Shown in pieces: positions 32,740-37,689 of a stretch of DNA of 37,689 bases. The notes below the pieces were generated by a model. It saw nothing but the letters and a program-made list of their open reading frames with translations, did not search any database and had not been told where the DNA came from. Positions within the stretch are counted from its first letter, which is position 1, and each line of letters opens with the position of its first letter. Where the stretch lies: contig NC_069009.1 in the NCBI RefSeq assembly GCF_001194135.2, positions 4,124,819-4,162,507 of the forward strand, in the 5' to 3' direction. This DNA is from Octopus bimaculoides. Its lineage: Eukaryota. The position numbers and the translations under genes are program-made.

Positions 32740-33765
32740 TCACAGCTTCTCTCCTGTATGAGTACGTTTGTGATTAGCTAGGTGATGACTTTGAGGAAAT
32801 GATTTACCACAGATATCACAGTGATATGGCTTCTCTCCGGTATGAGTACGTTTGTGAATAGCAATGTGTTGACTTTGAGAAAATGATTTACCACAAGTCT
32901 CGCAGTGATATGACTTCTCTCCGGTATGAATACGTTTGTGAGTAGCAATGTTTTGACTTCGAGAGAATGATTTACCACAAATCTCGCAGTGATATGGCTT
33001 CTCTCCAGTATGAATACGTTCATGTGCAATTAAGGAATGTTTATGAGAGAATGATTTACCACAGATATCACAGTGATATGGTTTCTTACCTGTATGAATA
33101 CGTTTGTGGTTAGTTAGGGTATAATTTGCAGAGAAAAATTTACCACAGATCTCACAGTGATATGGCTTCTCTCCAGTATGAATACGTTTGTGACTAGCAA
33201 TGTGATGCTTTCGAGAGAATGATTTACCACAGATTTCACAGTGATATGGCTTCTCTCCAGTATGAATAAGTTCATGTGAAATTAAGAGAGATCTTTGAGA
33301 GAACGATATACCACAGATTTCACACTGAAATGGTTTCTCTCCTGTATGAATATGTATGTGTACAGATAATTGACTGACACAAGCGAATGATTTATCACAG
33401 ATATCACATTGATATGGTTTCTGTCCAGTATGAATATGTTCATGTATAATTAAGGAATGTTTTTGAGAGAATGATTTACCACAGACATCACAGTGATAAG
33501 GTTTCTCTCCTGTATGAGTACGCTTGTGAGAAGATAAGTTACAACTTTGAGAGAATGATTTACCACAGATCTCACAGTGATATGGCTTCTGTCCTGTGTG
33601 AATACATCTGTGTCTGGTTAAGGCATTACTTGCAGAGAATGATTTACCACAGAATTCACAATGGTATGCTGTTTTACTTGTTCTTTTCTTCATACCATCA
33701 AGAGAATCAGTCCTTTTAGATTGCATTTCAACTTTAACCTCATCCTGACACAATTCACTTTCCAT
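32740..33765 (-). CDS. C2H2 zinc-finger protein (ZNF gene 3), 341 aa, 11 fingers; no effector domain
   Basis: ATG-initiated ORF with a 32-aa leader and 11 periodic fingers. The acceptor at 34190 (ATCTTATGCTGTTGTTT..ATTTCAG) is homologous to that of gene 2. Confidence 0.92.
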   Translation of the reverse strand: MESELCQDEVKVEMQSKRTDSLDGMKKRTSKTAYHCEFCGKSFSASNALTRHRCIHTGQKPYHCEICGKSFSQSCNLSSHKRTHTGEKPYHCDVCGKSFSQKHSLIIHEHIHTGQKPYQCDICDKSFACVSQLSVHIHIHTGEKPFQCEICGISFSQRSLLISHELIHTGEKPYHCEICGKSFSRKHHIASHKRIHTGEKPYHCEICGKFFSANYTLTNHKRIHTGKKPYHCDICGKSFSHKHSLIAHERIHTGEKPYHCEICGKSFSRSQNIATHKRIHTGEKSYHCETCGKSFSQSQHIAIHKRTHTGEKPYHCDICGKSFPQSHHLANHKRTHTGEKL

Positions 33766-33817
33766 GATTTTCTTTTTCTCAAAACAATATTCAAATGTTT
33801 TGGTTTTCTTTTCTTTT

Positions 33818-33905
33818 CATCATCATTTAACGCCCGTTTTCCATGCCGGCATGGGTTGGACGGTTTGACTGAGGTCTGGAGAGCCAGCAGCTGCACCAGG
33901 CTCCA
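33818..33905 (-). mobile_element. 88-bp RTE tail in the inferred 5'UTR of ZNF gene 3
   Basis: TGGAGCCTGGTGCAGC..AACCCATGCCGGCATGGAAAACGGGCGTTAAATGATGATG on the minus strand. Confidence 0.8.
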
Positions 33906-35182
33906 TTCACTGCTAAATTTCCATTAACTGTAGTCTTTATCGATAAGGACAGCTGTTAGAAACTTCTCTGATATCTGTAATCCATGTTTAATTTGTCTCA
34001 AAAATCATTCTGCTGTCATTCCATCACATGCTGTAGAAAAGATGGAATTAGTCTCAGTTCAGTTATAATATGGCTACTACAGGATTATATTTGTCCTGTA
34101 CAAACATATCCCTTTCACCAGTGAAGTTGATAAATATTGAAGATGCATGTGATGTAAGTAATACTTTGATGCCAATATCATTGGATAATCTGAAATAAAC
34201 AACAGCATAAGATGTAGAGGACACATGAAATGTAAACATGCACACACATATGTGCATCATATTTATAGACACACACATATCATATATATATATATATCAT
34301 TTTAGTTCCCACTTTTCCTTAGTGGTAGAGATCAGACAGAATTTAATGAGATTCATTTTTTGTATAGCCAGACATCCTTCTGTTGCTAACACATGACTTC
34401 TTCCAAGCAACTTAATCTTTTTCTATGGCCAGACTAGAAATGAAGGACACTGCTTCTATGATGATGTCACCCATTTATAAGTATCACATGATGTCAAGAA
34501 AACAAGACATCAACTCAGACATAGTCAAGGCTTTGGACTATATTTGAAGACACTTGGTAAGGTACCACACAATCAGACTGAACCTAGGACCGTGTGGTCC
34601 AAATATATATATATATTAAATGGTATGGCAGACTTCTAGTATATCTATAACAATTTCATGCAGAAGGAAAATGGCTAGAGATTAGATGGCTTCTTCCTTC
34701 ATGTTTTAGAGTTCCTGGGTTTTATACAACAGAAATAGCAATTCTGAAGAACTTTTTGTTCTATAAATTTATGTTGCACCCCCACTAATTCTGTGGACTT
34801 TTGTCTTATTTTTCATGAGGTAGTGATAGCTAATTCCAGACAACCTCTAACAATATATCGACTGGATGGTCATGACAGGAATACCTCTATACTATTTATT
34901 ACAGTGGGTTAATGGAACATAAAATAAACAATAACAAATCAACATTATCGTTTGAATGTTATTAGCAAGACGAAGAAATATAGTTTCTCAAAGTTATGTG
35001 TTTTCACTTGTATACATCGGAGGCTTCCCATAATTCTATTATTAACATTATTATTGATACAGTTTTAAAGTAAACCTTTGTCAACTTGCCTTTTTCAGAT
35101 TTAAACAGTTAGTCGATGACCGGTAAACAATAGGGAACATTTAACAAATTACTACTACTACTACAACTACACTCGCTTGTAC

Positions 35183-35290
35183 CTCTTGACTGAAGTCTCT
35201 TCTCCCATTTGACTGTCCCCAAAATAAGGTCAGATCAAACTGCTGCTACCGGACATCGCCTCGCCTTTCACTTCCGGGGCGATGCCACAA
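35183..35290 (-). promoter_or_regulatory. Putative non-coding exon 1 and promoter of ZNF gene 3
   Basis: Minus-strand donor GAG|GTACAA at 35183/35182, ETS-like ACTTCCGG at 35270, local CpG enrichment. Confidence 0.45.
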
Positions 35291-35371
35291 AAGTATTGCT
35301 ATTAAAATTGATTAATCTTCTCAATTTTTCCACCGGGTGTGGATCTATAAAATAACCCTTCTAGTAATCTC

Positions 35372-35819
35372 TTAAGGGTAATCTTCCAGTTTCGGGAGGT
35401 AAAAAAAGTAAATAAGAATACAAGGGAAATAACTTAAGGTCTTACTAGTATTATCCGTACCTTCCTCACCCCACCCGTTCGCGAGCGCGCATTTTTCATA
35501 TTCGTTCACAGCAAGTTGTTTTACACCTATTACACTAATTTATTATTTTTGAGCTCGGGTCAAACGCTTTAGTTTGACTGTTATTTCCCTATACTGGAAG
35601 ATTACCATAAGTTGTTGTGCAGCCGGTACAATGATATTCAATCACGTGTGTGATTTATATATAAACAGCTAACTTCAATCACGTGTGTGATTTTATTTAT
35701 AAACAGCTAAAAAAAAAAAAACAAACATTAGTACGGATAATACTAGTAAGACGTTAAGTTATTTCCCTTGTATTTTATTTACTTTTTTACCTCCCGAAAC
35801 TGGAAGATTACCCAATTAA
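35372..35819. mobile_element. MITE-like element with ~84-bp inverted arms, TTAA-flanked (possibly Kolobok-like)
   Basis: 35376-35460 is the near-perfect reverse complement of 35731-35813. TTAA at 35372-35375 and 35816-35819; internal 2x37-bp tandem repeat at 35637-35710. Confidence 0.7.
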
Positions 35820-36419
35820 GCGATCATATTGTAATTCATCCATTACTATACTTGAGTAAATACTGCGAAAGCTATGTATTTAATATCAATTTTATTATAC
35901 AATCAGTTAATTAATTAAATCAGTCGTTAACTGCCCATAAAGGGCTTCCGAGTTTGCATATGTTTTTTATTGCTGTTTTTAATCGCTAAGTCATTGTTTT
36001 TTTTTCTCGCATTTCATCGTACGTAGAATGTACAAAAAACCCGACACCGAAGAAACGAAACGTACTAAGTTTCTGCTTATATGCCGCTTCCACAGTCTTT
36101 GTACGTTTTCTTTTAAAAAATACATCCAAAGTATGAATGATACTTCATCTTCTTTTATTTTCAGAAACATTTATAACTTAATTAATACTCGATTCTTCTT
36201 TAGTATCTCACCACATGCGAGGTTACTAATTTGTATTGTACCTCACGACACGGTACTTTGGCTGTCAGGCATAGAACTTTTCAGAATACCATTACGTTTG
36301 TATATAAAGTAAAACTTAGAAATTACTGTTACATTTAACAGGGTATTTTTTATATTGCAGATGAGATTTTTATGATAATAAAACATATACATTCATCTAG
36401 CAACGTAGATTTAAAAAAA

Positions 36420-36576
36420 AAGAAAATTTACGTTTCGCCGTTTATGTATCCGAGTCAGTTTTTTAAAGTTTCTGTTGTCAGAGATTAGTCGTGGCGAATT
36501 CGCACTGGTGTGGTAAGGACATTTGGTGTAATTGAAGATATTTCACTGTAAACACTAGTTTATATAGCAACAACAG
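36420..36576 (+). promoter_or_regulatory. Putative non-coding exon 1 of a fourth ZNF paralog whose coding exon lies beyond the window
   Basis: CTGTAAA..TTTATATA.CAA.AA.AG|GTAAGATATATA..TATTTA.TAAAATTAAGGT is colinear with 10500-10570; TCCGAGTC.GTTTTT..TTTCTGTTGTCA is also shared. Confidence 0.55.
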
Positions 36577-37331
36577 GTAAGATATATAATATATGTTATT
36601 TAGTAAAATTAAGGTAAACATCGGTAACTGAAAACCTTTTTATATTGCTAATCAAAGATCGATATTAATTCCATTGCCCAGCACTAATTGTCTGACGTTA
36701 ATTAATAAGATTAATCAACAGCATATTTTTTATTCTAGGTCATTCTCCAAACTACCTGCTCTGAATGCATAGAAATCCAGTGTAAAACTAGTTTTTCTTA
36801 ATGAACCTGCAATGATAGAACAGTAAACACTTTTCGAGTGTTTTCTATTTAATTACTTGGATCTTAATTAAGCCCAGCTGTCGTTGCATTCAGCTCTTTT
36901 GACATGATATATATTCTCACCACGAGCGAACTGTAGTCAGTACAAAACTTACATATAAAAATACACTTTAGAAACAAAATAATTCTTATAAAAAAACTAC
37001 ATGAATATTATAACGATCGTTAGAATAAAATGGTAATCCTGCAGGATAGAGTCGGAAATAACCTATTGCCCCGCCGACTCGCAATTTCTTGAGATTTCTG
37101 TCTTAAACATCGGAGATTACGTGTAACAAAAAAATTTTTTTGAAATTCGATTTATTTGAATTTTTGCCTCCACTTCCTTTCAGTAACTTTTCTTCACTCT
37201 TTTTTCGAAATTTTTCCAATTGTAGTATGAAAACAGTGGTTTTTACGATTTCAGAAAAACTTAAATTTTCTGTAATTTTATTGATGGAGTTTCGCATTAA
37301 AACGCCTACACATAAGTTAGATTTTCTCTCG

Positions 37332-37530
37332 TTTACACCTATTTACACTATTTTTCTTTTGTTTTTGTGCTCGGGTCAAACGCTTTGGCACTATCATGCT
37401 ATTAGCTGTCAGAAGTGAAAGTGCTCACTGCTAGTGAAGTATCTGTCTGTCTGCCTGCATGCCTGTGGCCGGAGCGAGCTATATGTCTGTCTGTCTGTCT
37501 GTTTCTCTATCTATCTATCTATTACTCGAA
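37332..37530 (+). repeat. Homolog of the 11235/11789 inverted-repeat arm, preceded by a block shared with 35520-35570
   Basis: TTGGCACTATCATGCTATTAGCTGTCAGAA.TGAAAGT..GGCCGGAGC..TCTATCTAT.ACTCG; TTTACACCTATT.ACACTA..GCTCGGGTCAAACGCTTT. Confidence 0.7.
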
Positions 37531-37689
37531 AGTTCGCGCGTCCGCGCTAGCTAGTCGTGAGTGGTCGATCCTATTATTTTTAAACTTCAAACTTCATTTG
37601 TTTTCTATTTTGATAAATTCTCTCTGTTGAAAATTATCTTTTTATATTTTAAATAATTTGCAATTTCAAGAAATATGTTTTTATATTAA

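Overview
AT-rich, repeat-dense animal DNA with five assembly gaps. The SINE/RTE repeat families and the tandem C2H2 genes point to an octopod cephalopod (Octopus-like; inferred, not database-checked). It is part of a C2H2 zinc-finger gene cluster. There are three effector-less, single-coding-exon ZNF genes: 4728-6674 (+, 21 intact fingers), 13396-14784 (+, 16 fingers) and 32740-33765 (-, 11 fingers). Each appears to have a non-coding first exon, and the probable first exon of a fourth paralog lies near 36.5 kb. An intact 3-coding-exon class I SAM methyltransferase gene (213 aa, - strand, 19666-22800) sits inside the cluster; the ORF track shows only its last exon. The rest is tRNA-derived SINEs, RTE and CR1/L2-type LINE fragments, Penelope-like remnants, MITE-like foldbacks and micro/minisatellites. 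The four most notable observations are: (1) a tRNA-headed SINE flanked by inverted Penelope-like repeats carrying a minimal hammerhead ribozyme motif; (2) signs of finger trafficking, namely a 106-bp perfect tract shared by two oppositely oriented ZNF genes and a 318-bp ZNF fragment in one arm of a palindrome; (3) a LINE and a SINE sharing a 3' tail with a compensatory stem-loop, found fused head-to-head; (4) a single in-frame TAA separating the leader of ZNF gene 2 from its finger array.
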